DNA of 64,000 nucleotides from Bdellovibrionota bacterium (GCA_044345405.1 JBIJBE010000010.1:28363-92362); one strand, 5' to 3'. Shown: positions 1 to 10,436, counted from the first letter of the stretch. Notes: a model not told the origin generated them from the sequence alone. Translations and numbers: made by a program.

Positions 1-701
1 AGAAGCCCGCTGTATTCGACGAGGAGCTTTCCTCCAAATTCCAGCTTGAATCGAGCTATGGCGTTTTTCTCTTGGTCGGTTGAATCGAGTGGAATGCCGC
101 CGAGGTCATACAATCGAAATCCTAAATTCTTGAGGGTGAGGATCTCGTACCAATGGAGGAGTCTGTTCGCTCGTCCCACCTTGTTTCGCTCGCCACTGTC
201 GTCCATGGCTCGGTAGTGCGAGGCAGAGTAGAGGAGTCTGACCCGACCGACCTCCTCATCTTTCACGTAGGCGTGGGCCGATAGGAGATTTCCATCGGTA
301 TCGGAGATGGAGGAGAGAAGAAGCGCTGAGGATGTGGACAGCGCCTGCAATTTGGCGCGATTGCACGGAGGCAGTCCTTTGTGTTTGGCGAAGGTGTCGT
401 AGAAGTGCGCGTACAGAGAGCCCTCCTCGATCGTTGGATTCATTACGAGACGAGGGGAGAAGCCCTCGCGCTCCGCGCGTTGGATTTTATACCGTGTGTT
501 CTTCGAGATCGGGGCTGAGATCTCCTCGAGGGAGGCGTTGAGGTCGATCGCCGATGTTTGCACCGGTTTAAAATAAGGATGACGTGTCGCGGTTTGTTGA
601 AAGAAGCACAGTGGTGTTCCGGACGCTCCCTCCTCGACGTTGTTGGCGAAAAAGATGTCGCTGATCGGGATGCCACACTTAGAACGGGTGATTGCTATCA
701 C
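1..701 (-). CDS. FemAB/GNAT-like acyltransferase, partial (runs off the left edge; absent from the ORF track)
   Basis: Manual translation from GTG at 701, with AGGAG RBS: MIAITRSK...IDLNASLEEI...KNTRYKIQRAEREG...ANRLLHWYEI...YDLGGI...IARFKLEFGG, which are typical FemAB-like motifs. Confidence 0.75.
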   Translation of the reverse strand, partial: MIAITRSKCGIPISDIFFANNVEEGASGTPLCFFQQTATRHPYFKPVQTSAIDLNASLEEISAPISKNTRYKIQRAEREGFSPRLVMNPTIEEGSLYAHFYDTFAKHKGLPPCNRAKLQALSTSSALLLSSISDTDGNLLSAHAYVKDEEVGRVRLLYSASHYRAMDDSGERNKVGRANRLLHWYEILTLKNLGFRLYDLGGIPLDSTDQEKNAIARFKLEFGGKLLVEYSGL

Positions 702-854
702 GGGTAGTACTCCTGAAAGAAAGAGGGATAGAAACAGGCGCTCCTTGTTGGAGAGTCCGTGACTCGAAGGGATACGTTAGATTGGTGGCTCTCAAAATGA
801 CGTAGAACAGATATCACGCACGTGCTCGGTTTCGAATCTTACGAAACCCGCTCG

Positions 855-2057
855 TTAGAGCAGGTGTTGCCACGCCGACCGACCGCGGACTACGAGCGTC
901 AGAAGTGATGCCAAGGGGGCTCGGCCTCGGTGATCGGGACGAAAGATGTAGTGGGAGTGGTGTTTTCTCGTCGCGGAGGTCCAGACCATTTTCCATGGGA
1001 GGGCCGGGCCAACTAATTCACACGCCCTGGTGCCTTGGCTCTGAAGTTCCTGGAGCGCAGCCATAACGACGAGTTGCCCGGGTGAGTACATCGCAAGTCG
1101 CGTGTCGTGCGCGACGCGCAGCGCGTAGTAGGTGTCTTGTACCGTTATGCCGTAGAGCAGTGAGAGCGGCTCTCCGTTTATCTCCAGCGAAAATACGCGC
1201 AACGCGCCGCACCGCTCAGCCCACAGACCAATCTCCCTGTAGATTTCCACGCTTTCAGGGGTTGTGTGGAGACCCTGCGATCCACCTCTGCGTCGAGCGT
1301 TTTTCTCAAGGGCTATCAAAAGATGAAGAGGCTGCTCTGTTGAGGTATACGAGCGGAGTCGGATATCTCCTAATTGCCGCACCTTTCGCAGCTTCGTTTC
1401 AAGGCAAGCGCGATACACGCGGGCTTCCGCCGGAAGGTAGGTGAGCGATCCTTGGGTTAGGTTGATAATGGGAGTGGATAGCGTTGGAATCGTTTCGACC
1501 CTGAATCCCTCATTTTTGGCGTACTCAGCTAGGGTGTCGGCCGCGCCTCCCTGCGGAACGTTGGGAAGCTCAAGGACTCTCCATCTTTGGTCCTCTCGCA
1601 AAGCCTCCCAGGACAACTGAGTCGCGAGTTTCGCGTACGCGTGATGATGAATCAGATCGCATCGTGGAGAGAGTTCGCTCATGAATCCCCGAGTGACGCG
1701 TGTTGGGATCGCTCCAAGGAAAGTGGGGCGCTGGACGATCGGAAGAACACCGATGAGCATATCAGCGTGGCGAGAGACGATCGCGGAGAAGGAGGATCGT
1801 ATGTTTGACGCACGGATCGCCGGGAGGATCCACTCTGGTAGGTCCAGGAGATGAGGCGAGGGGGAGTGAAGCACGAGCTCCCGCCACTCCTCGCGCAGGT
1901 GTTCGAGCTCGAGTGATGAAACGTGGCGCAACGCGTCTCCCGCGAGGGTGGAGCTTACTGAGCCGCGCAATGTGGGTGCGGAGGAGGGCGCAATCATACG
2001 AGATATGCCGTCATAGTGTTGACGAGCACGGTAGGGAGCTGCCGTGGGAGTTGCCAT
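855..2057 (-). CDS. GNAT family N-acetyltransferase (CelD/BcsL, Acetyltransf_6 type)
   Basis: 400 aa; motifs YSPGQLVV...ELVG...WKMVW. Confidence 0.8.
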   Translation of the reverse strand: MATPTAAPYRARQHYDGISRMIAPSSAPTLRGSVSSTLAGDALRHVSSLELEHLREEWRELVLHSPSPHLLDLPEWILPAIRASNIRSSFSAIVSRHADMLIGVLPIVQRPTFLGAIPTRVTRGFMSELSPRCDLIHHHAYAKLATQLSWEALREDQRWRVLELPNVPQGGAADTLAEYAKNEGFRVETIPTLSTPIINLTQGSLTYLPAEARVYRACLETKLRKVRQLGDIRLRSYTSTEQPLHLLIALEKNARRRGGSQGLHTTPESVEIYREIGLWAERCGALRVFSLEINGEPLSLLYGITVQDTYYALRVAHDTRLAMYSPGQLVVMAALQELQSQGTRACELVGPALPWKMVWTSATRKHHSHYIFRPDHRGRAPLASLLTLVVRGRSAWQHLL

Positions 2058-2203
2058 GATTGCGATTAGACACGCGGCCGGAAAAGGTTTGTTTTGCCCT
2101 GTTTTGAGTTGTCAACCGGGGGTATTTAATTGTCGCTCCACCGGTTTTCGCGTCCAGTTAAATATGGCAGACTCGGTCGGTGTCTCATTTTTTAGGATCC
2201 ACC

Positions 2204-3187
2204 ATGAAGTCAATCGACGTAACAGGAGTATGTAACGGCATCGTAGATATCTTCGCGGATATCTCTGAACAGGAGCTCTCGACGCTCGGATATGAGAAGG
2301 GCACGATGCGCCTGGTAGAGGCAGCGGACCAGAAGGATCTCCTTCAACGGGTAGGAGCGAAGAGCCCCGTTATGCGAAGTGGTGGGTCGGTCGCGAACTC
2401 TATGATCACGATCGCTCAGTTGGGCGGAAAAAGCGCGGTGTGCTGTCATCTCGCGGATGACGAGTATGGCCGTTTCTACAGAGATGAGTGCCTCTCGCTT
2501 GGGATGAAGGTTCCGGTTCCTCTCTCGAAGGATCTCGCGACGGGCACCTGCGTGGTGCTCCTCACTCCTGACGCGGAGCGCACGATGCGAACCGCGCTCG
2601 GCGCTAGCTTGAGCCTCGCTCCGCAGCATGTTGATCCAAAGATTATCGCGGATTCCCACTGGTTGTTCGTTGAGGGATACGTTTTCTCGAACTCGGACGC
2701 TGGCCGAGAGGCTATTAAGGAGTCTATTCGAGTGGCTCAGGAGTCGAACACTAAGATCGCCGTGACCTGCTCTGAGGCGTGGGTTGTCAACGCGTTCGGA
2801 GAACACCTGAACGCGGCGCTTGAGCAAACGCACCTCATCTTCGCGAACGAGGAGGAGTCGTTCGCCCTTTCTGGAGCGAAGGATGTCGTTGAGGCAGGCC
2901 GAAAGCTTAAGGACCGATTCCCTCATGTTGTCATCACCGCTGGCCCTCGTGGCGCGTATATGTGGTGGGAAGGGGAGGAGCTTCACACGCCAGCCTTCCC
3001 ATGCGAGCCGCGTGATCTCACCGGCGCTGGAGATACCTTCGCGGGTTCCTTCCTCTACGGAGTAACTAAGGGTCTCAAGCCGCAGGATGCCGCGCACCGA
3101 GCATGCTTCCTCGCTCGTCACGTGATCAGCCAAGTTGGCGCGCGTCTCACGGGTGATGTGCAGTCGTTGTGGGGGTTGGTGGGGTAG
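2204..3187 (+). CDS. PfkB family kinase (adenosine/inosine kinase-like)
   Basis: GGSVANS, FANEEE and DLTGAGDTFAGSF motifs; ATG at 2204 follows AGGA. Confidence 0.9.
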   Translation: MKSIDVTGVCNGIVDIFADISEQELSTLGYEKGTMRLVEAADQKDLLQRVGAKSPVMRSGGSVANSMITIAQLGGKSAVCCHLADDEYGRFYRDECLSLGMKVPVPLSKDLATGTCVVLLTPDAERTMRTALGASLSLAPQHVDPKIIADSHWLFVEGYVFSNSDAGREAIKESIRVAQESNTKIAVTCSEAWVVNAFGEHLNAALEQTHLIFANEEESFALSGAKDVVEAGRKLKDRFPHVVITAGPRGAYMWWEGEELHTPAFPCEPRDLTGAGDTFAGSFLYGVTKGLKPQDAAHRACFLARHVISQVGARLTGDVQSLWGLVG

Positions 3188-3217
3188 GGGGCCTTCCCAC
3201 GTCACGGGTCGCACAAC

Positions 3218-3381
3218 GGGAGGGCGACTATTCCCCCCTCGACTGTGCTCGGGACATGCTGGTCGCCGAAATGTTTCATTTCACTAACGACCTTGCCGCG
3301 GATTCCAACGCGGCGGTCAGGAATGACCGCCCTCCCGGATCACGAGCTCGCACAACGGGAGGGCGACCATTCCTGGTCGCC
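3218..3381. repeat. REP/REPIN cluster (three palindromes, the first interrupted by a 25-bp insert)
   Basis: GGGAGGGCGAC..CTGGTCGCC (3218-3267), GGCGGTCAGGAATGACCGCCCTCCC (3312-3336), GGGAGGGCGACCATTCCTGGTCGCC (3357-3381). Confidence 0.9.
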
Positions 3382-3491
3382 GTGTTCGCTAACGGGAAAG
3401 GCTTGCGCCCAAAAGGCCATCTCCTCTGAGTCCTCCACGCCCCTTAGCCGTCGCTTAGAGTCGCTAACTGTCTGAATCTACACCCCGTTGT

Positions 3492-4772
3492 TTGCATAGT
3501 GTTTTTGTGACCATTACCATGTCACATCGGTACGTAGATCCCTCCATATCCATGGAGGACGTAGTGCGTAATAAGGAACACATGGCACCTTTTCAAGACA
3601 GTCGATTCTTAGGACTTTCGGGCCGAACGATCGTCGTAACGCTCATCATTGCCGCTGCGGTGATAGGACTCTTTTTCATTCCTGAAGCGATCAAGTTCGC
3701 TCTGAACTCTCCTGGCAAAAACGGCGGTGAGAAGCGCGCGTCTGTCGAAGCGCGCGCGCGTCGTGAAGTTAAGGAGCAGACCGAGGATAAGGGTTCACTC
3801 TCTCCAGACGCTCTCAAGGCCCTCAACTCGGCTGTGGACGCGACCCCTACGCCCGCTCGTCAGGGTTCTCGCAACAAGGATGGCGAGGAGACGGCGTCCG
3901 AGCGCCCCGGTCTCTTTGATGGTTGGAACTTCAAGGTGAAAGCAGGCGAGTCCGCTCCCGCTGTTCAGGTGCCAGCTTCGATGTCTATCGAGAAGCTCGG
4001 TGGCAAGGAGTTCCAAGGGCTCCTCAAGCAAAGTCGGAACGACGTGCGGGTCTTCATCAAGAAGCAGATCCCCAAGAACATGGAGGCTCAATCCGTTGTT
4101 GAAACCTTCATGGATCAACTCGATCTCGCCGCTCGTGAGAGCGCTAAGGGGATGTCGACAAAGCAGCTCCTGACCGGGTTACAGGATCTTCACGTGAGTA
4201 CCATTCAGGCGCTCTCGCGTTCGGGACTCGATCGTGGGACGATTTTGGAGTGGCTCAAACTTCCGATCGTGTCGTTTATCGATGATCGTGTCGGACTGCA
4301 CGCGCAGGAGAAGATTCACGACTACTTCGTGCCACGAATGGTTCTTCGTGATGTTAACGTGCGCCAACGTCAAACCCGCGGCTGGGGCATGGATGGACGC
4401 TCGCCAGCGACGCTTCGAGCGGAGCTCTCGTTCCGCGGAACCGATATCGAGAAGGTCATGGTATACGCCAATGGGCGTAAGATCTCTGAGATGCCTGGAC
4501 CGAGAAGCGCGTCAGATAACCGACGATCTATCCGGGTCAACGGCGACGCGCACGGTGTGTGGACCTTTGTGGCGTACGATAGATTCGGCGCCCGCCCGTA
4601 TTGGAAGAGCTACTCGTTCTATCCGAAGGTTCGACGATTTCGTCAGGGGCGTACCGGTGAATACATGATCGCGTTTAAGCAGAACAGCGCGCCGAACTCA
4701 CTCGATCGATTCTTCCTCGTCGGAAGCTCCGCGCTTCGACAAAATACTGATTCGATGGTTTCGACGTTTTAA
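3492..4772 (+). CDS. Hypothetical membrane-anchored protein (start uncertain)
   Basis: 426-aa ORF with a single N-terminal TM segment (TIVVTLIIAAAVIGLFFIP); no family recognised. Confidence 0.75.
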   Translation: MHSVFVTITMSHRYVDPSISMEDVVRNKEHMAPFQDSRFLGLSGRTIVVTLIIAAAVIGLFFIPEAIKFALNSPGKNGGEKRASVEARARREVKEQTEDKGSLSPDALKALNSAVDATPTPARQGSRNKDGEETASERPGLFDGWNFKVKAGESAPAVQVPASMSIEKLGGKEFQGLLKQSRNDVRVFIKKQIPKNMEAQSVVETFMDQLDLAARESAKGMSTKQLLTGLQDLHVSTIQALSRSGLDRGTILEWLKLPIVSFIDDRVGLHAQEKIHDYFVPRMVLRDVNVRQRQTRGWGMDGRSPATLRAELSFRGTDIEKVMVYANGRKISEMPGPRSASDNRRSIRVNGDAHGVWTFVAYDRFGARPYWKSYSFYPKVRRFRQGRTGEYMIAFKQNSAPNSLDRFFLVGSSALRQNTDSMVSTF

Positions 4773-4790
4773 GCGATAGCTCTGGGAGTC

Positions 4791-4883
4791 GGGAGGGCGG
4801 TCATTCCTGACCGCCGTGTTGCGTTCCGCGAGAATCGTGCGCGATGCCGTGCCTTTTCGGCGACCAGGAATGGTCGCCCTCCC
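4791..4883. repeat. REP doublet (REPIN) between convergent genes
   Basis: GGGAGGGCGGTCATTCCTGACCGCC ... GGCGACCAGGAATGGTCGCCCTCCC in inverted orientation. Confidence 0.9.
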
Positions 4884-4897
4884 GATGTGGCACCTGC

Positions 4898-5659
4898 CTA
4901 CACTGCGGTTCCTTCCGCGATCGCGATCAACTCCAACCACTGATCAAGCTTAATGCTCGCGCCGCCAACGAGGGCGCCGTGAACCTCTTTGAGCGCCAAG
5001 ATCTCAGCGAAGTTGGTTGGATTGACGCTGCCGCCGTAGAGGATGACAGCGCTTCCAGGAAGGTTGTGGGATGCCCACACCTTTTGGATGTGTTGGTGAG
5101 TCTCTTGAATATCCTTGATCGAGGCTACTTTTCCGGTTCCGATCGCCCATACCGGCTCGTACGCCAGGATAACTTTCGTGGCTGTTTCCGTGGTAAGACC
5201 AGAGAGAACCGGTTGAAGCTGTTCCTCAAGCACCCGTTCCGTCTTGCCACCTGTGCGCTCGCTCTCGGTCTCGCCGATACATACGATCACCTCAAGTCCC
5301 GCTTTGAGCGCGGCTTGTGTGCGCTGCGCGGTTGTCTCGGAGGTCTCTCCGAAGAATTGGCGACGCTCTGAGTGTCCCGTAAGGGTGAAGGTGGCGCCGA
5401 GGTCTTTGAGAAAGAGGGGAGAGGTCTCTCCGGTGAACGCTCCAGACTCCGCCCAGTGGACGTTCTGCGCTCCGATGTGGAGCGCGGTGCCTTTAAGCTC
5501 CTCAGCAACGGCGGCCGCGCTGATAGTGGCTGGCGCTACCCACACATCTGTCTTCGTGAGGGGCTTGATGGATTCCTTCAACTGCTTGGCGTACGCGCGA
5601 GCCTGTGTTGGCCCGAGGTTCATCTTCCAGTTTCCAGCGAGGAGGTGTTTTGTTCGCAT
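4898..5659 (-). CDS. tpiA: Triosephosphate isomerase
   Basis: AGNWKMN, GHSERR, AYEPVWAIGTG, LYGGSV, LVGGAS. Confidence 0.98.
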   Translation of the reverse strand: MRTKHLLAGNWKMNLGPTQARAYAKQLKESIKPLTKTDVWVAPATISAAAVAEELKGTALHIGAQNVHWAESGAFTGETSPLFLKDLGATFTLTGHSERRQFFGETSETTAQRTQAALKAGLEVIVCIGETESERTGGKTERVLEEQLQPVLSGLTTETATKVILAYEPVWAIGTGKVASIKDIQETHQHIQKVWASHNLPGSAVILYGGSVNPTNFAEILALKEVHGALVGGASIKLDQWLELIAIAEGTAV

Positions 5660-5687
5660 AAGGTGCTTTGTTCAGAAAAAAGTAATT

Positions 5688-5724
5688 AAAAAAGCGGGGG
5701 TCGCTTTGTGGCGAGCCCCCGCTT
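5688..5724 (-). terminator. Intrinsic terminator after gap
   Basis: AAGCGGGGG-TCGC/GCGA-CCCCCGCTT stem followed by a U-tract on the minus strand. Confidence 0.8.
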
Positions 5725-5740
5725 GGTCACGAGTCCTTGA

Positions 5741-6754
5741 TTAGAGGCTCTTCGCGATCATCTCGGTTACGTCACACATACGCGCCGAGAAGCCCATCTC
5801 GTTGTCGTACCATGATACGACCTTCGCCATGCGCTTTCCGATAACCATCGTCGAGAGTGAGTCAATGATCGAGGAGTGTGTGTCGCCTGTGTAATCGATC
5901 GACACGAGTGGCTCCTCAGAGAATCCAAGGACTCCCTTGAGGGTGTTCTCGCTCGCGCTCTTGAGGGCGCGGTTAACGTCCTCAGCGGTAGCGTCTTGAG
6001 CGAGCTCAGCCACGAAGTCAACGACCGATACGTCTGGAGTTGGAACGCGAATCGCGAAACCATCTACCTTGCCGACGAGATCAGGGATAACGAGACCTAC
6101 GGCCTTAGCGGCGCCCGTCGTCGTTGGGATCATCGACATGCACGCCGCGCGAGCGCGTCGGAGGTCCTTGTGAGGGAGGTCGAGGATCGACTGATCGTTC
6201 GTGTACGAGTGGATCGTCGTCATCGTTCCGCGAACGATTCCGAAATTCTCAACGAGTACCTTCGCGAGGGGCGCAAGGCAGTTCGTTGTGCACGAAGCGT
6301 TGCTGATGATGTGGTGCTCAGCTGGCTTGTACGCCGTGTGGTTTACACCGTAGGCGAGGGTGATGTCAGGGTTTGTCGCTGGAGCTGAGATGATAACCTT
6401 CTTAGCGCCGCCCTGCATGTGAAGTTGTGCCTTCTCCTTCGCGGTGAAGATACCGGTGCACTCAAGCACGATCGAGGCGCCGAGGGAGCTCCATGGGAGC
6501 TTCGCTGGGTCGCGTTCTGCCGTGATCTTGATCTGCTGACCGTTTACCGTGATGTAGCCGTCTCCAGCCTCAACGGTGCCGGGGAAGCGGCCGTGTACCG
6601 AGTCGTACTTGAGGAGGTGAGCCAGGGTGGCTGGGTCAGTGAGGTCGTTGATTGCGACAACCTTGATGTTGGTTGATTTCTTGGTCGTGAAAAGCTGGCG
6701 CAGAATATTGCGTCCGATACGGCCAAATCCGTTGATTCCGATTCCTACGGTCAT
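5741..6754 (-). CDS. gap: Glyceraldehyde-3-phosphate dehydrogenase, type I
   Basis: INGFGRIGR, SNASCTTNCLAP, WYDNE. Confidence 0.98.
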   Translation of the reverse strand: MTVGIGINGFGRIGRNILRQLFTTKKSTNIKVVAINDLTDPATLAHLLKYDSVHGRFPGTVEAGDGYITVNGQQIKITAERDPAKLPWSSLGASIVLECTGIFTAKEKAQLHMQGGAKKVIISAPATNPDITLAYGVNHTAYKPAEHHIISNASCTTNCLAPLAKVLVENFGIVRGTMTTIHSYTNDQSILDLPHKDLRRARAACMSMIPTTTGAAKAVGLVIPDLVGKVDGFAIRVPTPDVSVVDFVAELAQDATAEDVNRALKSASENTLKGVLGFSEEPLVSIDYTGDTHSSIIDSLSTMVIGKRMAKVVSWYDNEMGFSARMCDVTEMIAKSL

Positions 6755-6902
6755 GGGATTGAACTCCTAAAAGTGTTCTTACGTTAACCCGGTGGTTATA
6801 ACCCCCCGCCTTTAAAAAAGAAACCACCCCAGCCGAGACTGGTGTCAACCGACTAGGTATGGCATAGTTAGCTGCGTTATTTTCATTAAGGAGATTGCCC
6901 CC

Positions 6903-7607
6903 GTGGAGCCAACCGCAGTCGTAGAAGCCCCAAGCGTTCTCGGAATGATTCTCGGTTCCGGATTTGTCGTTCAGAGCGTCCTTATCATATTGATTCTCTT
7001 ATCTGTTTGGAGCTGGGCGATCACCATCGCAAAGACCATTCAGTTCAAGAAGGCGCAACAGTTCTCGGACCAGTTCTCACAAGTTTTCTGGGATAGCCGC
7101 AATTTCGCTCGTATCGACGAGTCGACCCGCCGCCTGATCGGAAGCCCGTTGGCGACCGTTTTCTCGTCGGGATACCGGGAGCTCCTCCATACCGTCCAGG
7201 AAGCCAAAGGACGTGCCACAACCCTTCCGTCCGACCATGAGTCAGACCTTGGCACTATTGAGCGGGCTCTTCGGCGGGCTGAGCTTGAGGAAACCCATCG
7301 CCTTGAGAGGGGGGTCACCTTCCTCGCTTCCGTAGCGAGCGCCGCTCCGTTCATCGGACTCTTCGGAACGGTGTGGGGAATCATGAACGCTTTCCACGGA
7401 CTCTCGCAGGCCAAGAGCACAACCATTCAGGCTGTAGCGCCTGGTATCTCTGAGGCGCTTGTCGCTACGGCGGTCGGACTCGCCGCGGCGATTCCAGCGG
7501 CTATCGCGTTCAACTACTTCACCGCGGCGGTTCGTAAGTTCCGTCAATCGATGGACAGCTTCTCTGAAGAGTTCATGAACATCGCTCGTCGACACTTAGT
7601 TAAGTAG
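6903..7607 (+). CDS. tolQ: Tol-Pal protein TolQ
   Basis: APFIGLFGTVWGIM, VAPGISEALVATAVGL; operon context. Confidence 0.95.
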   Translation: MEPTAVVEAPSVLGMILGSGFVVQSVLIILILLSVWSWAITIAKTIQFKKAQQFSDQFSQVFWDSRNFARIDESTRRLIGSPLATVFSSGYRELLHTVQEAKGRATTLPSDHESDLGTIERALRRAELEETHRLERGVTFLASVASAAPFIGLFGTVWGIMNAFHGLSQAKSTTIQAVAPGISEALVATAVGLAAAIPAAIAFNYFTAAVRKFRQSMDSFSEEFMNIARRHLVK

Positions 7608-7617
7608 GTAGGCTTCA

Positions 7618-8052
7618 ATGGCTGGTGGAAACTTTAGCGCTGACAGTGACGGACCGATTGCGGCGATTAACGTAACGCCCCTTGTGGACGTGATGTTGGT
7701 GCTCCTCGTTATCTTCATGGTGACCGCTCCGATGATGCAGCAGGGTGTGGAGGTCGACCTTCCCAAGGCGACGACCGCTCCGCTCAAGGGCTCTACAGAG
7801 CAGATCGTGGTATCGATCGACAAAGCTGGCACTATATTTCTTGGCGCGGGCAATAAGGTCGAACTTCCGGAGCTCGCCGATAAGGTGAAGGCTATCTTCG
7901 CAAATCGCGCTGAAGAGGATCGCAAGATCTATATCAAGGGCGATTCGGCGCTCGGATACGGAAGGATCATGGAGGTAATGGCCGCGTTGCACGCGGGTGG
8001 CATTACGCAGATCGGTTTGGTTTCCGCCTCCCCAGAGGGCAAAGGCGCGTAA
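7618..8052 (+). CDS. tolR: Tol-Pal protein TolR
   Basis: INVTPLVDVMLVLLVIFMVTAP. Confidence 0.95.
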   Translation: MAGGNFSADSDGPIAAINVTPLVDVMLVLLVIFMVTAPMMQQGVEVDLPKATTAPLKGSTEQIVVSIDKAGTIFLGAGNKVELPELADKVKAIFANRAEEDRKIYIKGDSALGYGRIMEVMAALHAGGITQIGLVSASPEGKGA

Positions 8053-8066
8053 GGGAGACGCCTAGG

Positions 8067-8939
8067 TTGGCTCAGAGCGTGGCACACAATGATCCAGAAA
8101 GTTGCTGGCGAATAGGGTTCTACTCGTCCCTAATCGCGCATGCGGCGGTGGCCTTGATAGCTATCGTTGGGTTCGCGTTCGGTGGCTTCGGAGATCTCCC
8201 CGAACCGGTGATCTATTCGGTCACCGTTGAACCCGGAAAGGCTCTCGGTGGTAAGTCACAACTTGCCAAAGATGATAAACCGAGCCCGATCGCTCCGGTA
8301 AAGAACACCAAGGCTGAGACCGCTCCAGAGCAAAAACAGGAGAAACAACAAGAGGAGAAGCCTGTTGAGGAGAAGCCGGCTGAGGACGCTGAGGTGAGCA
8401 TCGCTGAGACAAAGCCAACCCCGCAGCCATCTCCTAAGGCGACCCCAAAAGCCACGCCGAAGGTTACGCCAAAGGCCACGCCAGTCTCTTCAAAGAAGAG
8501 CGATTCCAAGTCCAAAGAGAAGAGCGATGGTGATGAGGTCGATAAGCGGCTTCAGGCAGCGATGCAGCGTTACCTTGGTGACTCCACTGACGCGGGTGGA
8601 AAGGGGTTTGGCGCCGCGCGGGTAGGTGGCTCTGGCATGGGCGGCGGTGAGGTTCGTCCCCCTGAGTTCTTCAGGTATCGAGACCTCCTCCTTGCTCGTA
8701 TTAAGGAAGCGTGGCGGTGGTACGATGTCAACGCCGCGTTTATTACCCAGATAGCCTTTGAGTTAGCTCCGGACGGGACCGCTCGCAATGTTAGAGTAGT
8801 GCGTAGCTCAGGGAACTCAACCTTTGATGAGTCCGTTGTTCGGGCGGTGATGAAGGCTAGCCCATTCCCAGCTCCCCCTGTGAGTGTGTACGAGAAGTAC
8901 TTTAAGAGCGTTACGACCACCTTTGATCCAAGAGAGTAG
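8067..8939 (+). CDS. tolA: TolA/TonB-family energy transducer
   Basis: TM helix with SxxxH, Pro/Lys/Glu-rich linker, TonB_C-like SSGNSTFDESVVRAV; lies between tolR and tolB. Confidence 0.85.
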   Translation: MAQSVAHNDPESCWRIGFYSSLIAHAAVALIAIVGFAFGGFGDLPEPVIYSVTVEPGKALGGKSQLAKDDKPSPIAPVKNTKAETAPEQKQEKQQEEKPVEEKPAEDAEVSIAETKPTPQPSPKATPKATPKVTPKATPVSSKKSDSKSKEKSDGDEVDKRLQAAMQRYLGDSTDAGGKGFGAARVGGSGMGGGEVRPPEFFRYRDLLLARIKEAWRWYDVNAAFITQIAFELAPDGTARNVRVVRSSGNSTFDESVVRAVMKASPFPAPPVSVYEKYFKSVTTTFDPRE

Positions 8940-8976
8940 GCGCCCCCGGTAGTGCCTCTCGAAAGAGGGTTTTGTC

Positions 8977-9014
8977 GGGCACGAGCACGTTTACGTGCAG
9001 GTGCACGTTCACGA
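8977..9014 (+). repeat. ACG-hexamer repeat arm (solo)
   Basis: GGGC-ACGAGC-ACGTTT-ACGTGC-AGGTGC-ACGTTC-ACGA. Confidence 0.8.
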
Positions 9015-9146
9015 GGGGGTTTGGTCGAATGGGTATCTTCACCCTTTGGCGGAAAGATCAGGACCTCGGTTGCGTGTCGCCCGGTCCTGAGGCATGTATG
9101 AAGGACGTCGCGCGACGCGACGCTAAACTCGCCCAAAGGGAATGGC

Positions 9147-10436
9147 ATGAAAAAGTTTTTAGCACTTATCTCTCTTGTTTTAGTTACAGCCGGATCGGTA
9201 TCCGCGCAGACCGACCTCTACGTTCGAGGAGCTGGTCGCCTTATTCCGATAGCTCTTCCTCAAATGTGCAACCAGGGGGAGCAAGGCGAGCCAGCGGTGG
9301 AGATTCCGGCCGTTATGCGGCGTGACCTCGATATCTCGGGGTATTTCGAGGTGCTTGACCCGAAGGGGTACATCGAGAGCGCTGGAAAGTGCGGAGCGCC
9401 CGAGGCGACCACCTTCTCTGATTGGAGCGCAATCGGCTCTGAGGGATTGGTTAAGGGTAGGGTGAGTGCTCAGGGTGGCCGTGTTGTCGCGCAGCTTTAC
9501 CTGCTCGACGTTCAGAAACAGCAGGTCGTTCTGGCGAAGGAGTATCAGGGCGACGCGGCGCAGGCTCGCATGATCGCGCACCGCTTCGCGAATGACATCT
9601 TAAAATACTACACGGGATTTGCGGGTGTGTTCGGTACCGAGATCGCCTTCTCCGGTCGAATCGGGCGATTTAAAGAGCTCTTCGTCATGGATATGGATGG
9701 GAGTAATCTACGGCAGCTCACCAATGATCGTGGTCTCTCGATGTCCGCGGCGTGGGATCCCTCCGGAACTCGGCTTGTGTATACCGGGTTTCGTAATCGC
9801 ATCCCCGACCTGTTCATCATGAACGTTGGTTCTAAGTCCTCCAAGCAGGTTAGTCGAACGACAGAGCTCGAGATCGGGGCTCACTTCCTCGGGAATGATC
9901 GCCTCGTAACGTCGCGCACTGAGGGCGGGGATAGCGATATCGTGATCATGTCCACCGATGGTACTATTGAGCGACGCCTCACTCCGCCCAATCGCGCGAT
10001 CGATGTATCGCCGGTGCCTTCTCCTGATGGACGTCAGGTTGTTTTCTGCTCGAATCGTGGTGGAGGGCCGCAGATCTACACGATGGGGATCGATGGGTCG
10101 AACGCTAAGCGATTTAGTTTCGTGACCTCAAACTATTGCACCTCTCCAGCATGGTCCCCGACAGGTGATAAAATAGCGTTTGTGTGTCGCGCGGATGGAA
10201 ACTTTCAGATATTCGTGAGCGATGTAAACGGTGAGAACGTTCTTCAGTTGACGAGTTCGGGTAGTAATGAGGACCCTGATTTCTCTCCGGATGGAAGGTA
10301 TTTAACCTTCGCAACCACGTATTTCGGAGGGGGCTACAACATCGCCATTATGCGCACGGATGGAACGAGCATCAAGCAGATCTCCAAAGCTCGAGGGGGC
10401 GATTACGAGCCAACCTGGGGCCCACTTCCGGAGTAG
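9147..10436 (+). CDS. tolB: Tol-Pal beta-propeller protein TolB
   Basis: Signal peptide, TolB_N (IAHRFANDI), PD40 repeats (SPAWSPTG, PDFSPDG). Confidence 0.95.
   Translation: MKKFLALISLVLVTAGSVSAQTDLYVRGAGRLIPIALPQMCNQGEQGEPAVEIPAVMRRDLDISGYFEVLDPKGYIESAGKCGAPEATTFSDWSAIGSEGLVKGRVSAQGGRVVAQLYLLDVQKQQVVLAKEYQGDAAQARMIAHRFANDILKYYTGFAGVFGTEIAFSGRIGRFKELFVMDMDGSNLRQLTNDRGLSMSAAWDPSGTRLVYTGFRNRIPDLFIMNVGSKSSKQVSRTTELEIGAHFLGNDRLVTSRTEGGDSDIVIMSTDGTIERRLTPPNRAIDVSPVPSPDGRQVVFCSNRGGGPQIYTMGIDGSNAKRFSFVTSNYCTSPAWSPTGDKIAFVCRADGNFQIFVSDVNGENVLQLTSSGSNEDPDFSPDGRYLTFATTYFGGGYNIAIMRTDGTSIKQISKARGGDYEPTWGPLPE

Noticed and set aside
2210-3214. 334-aa antisense ORF
   Set aside because: Shadow of the PfkB kinase on the opposite strand; no motifs.
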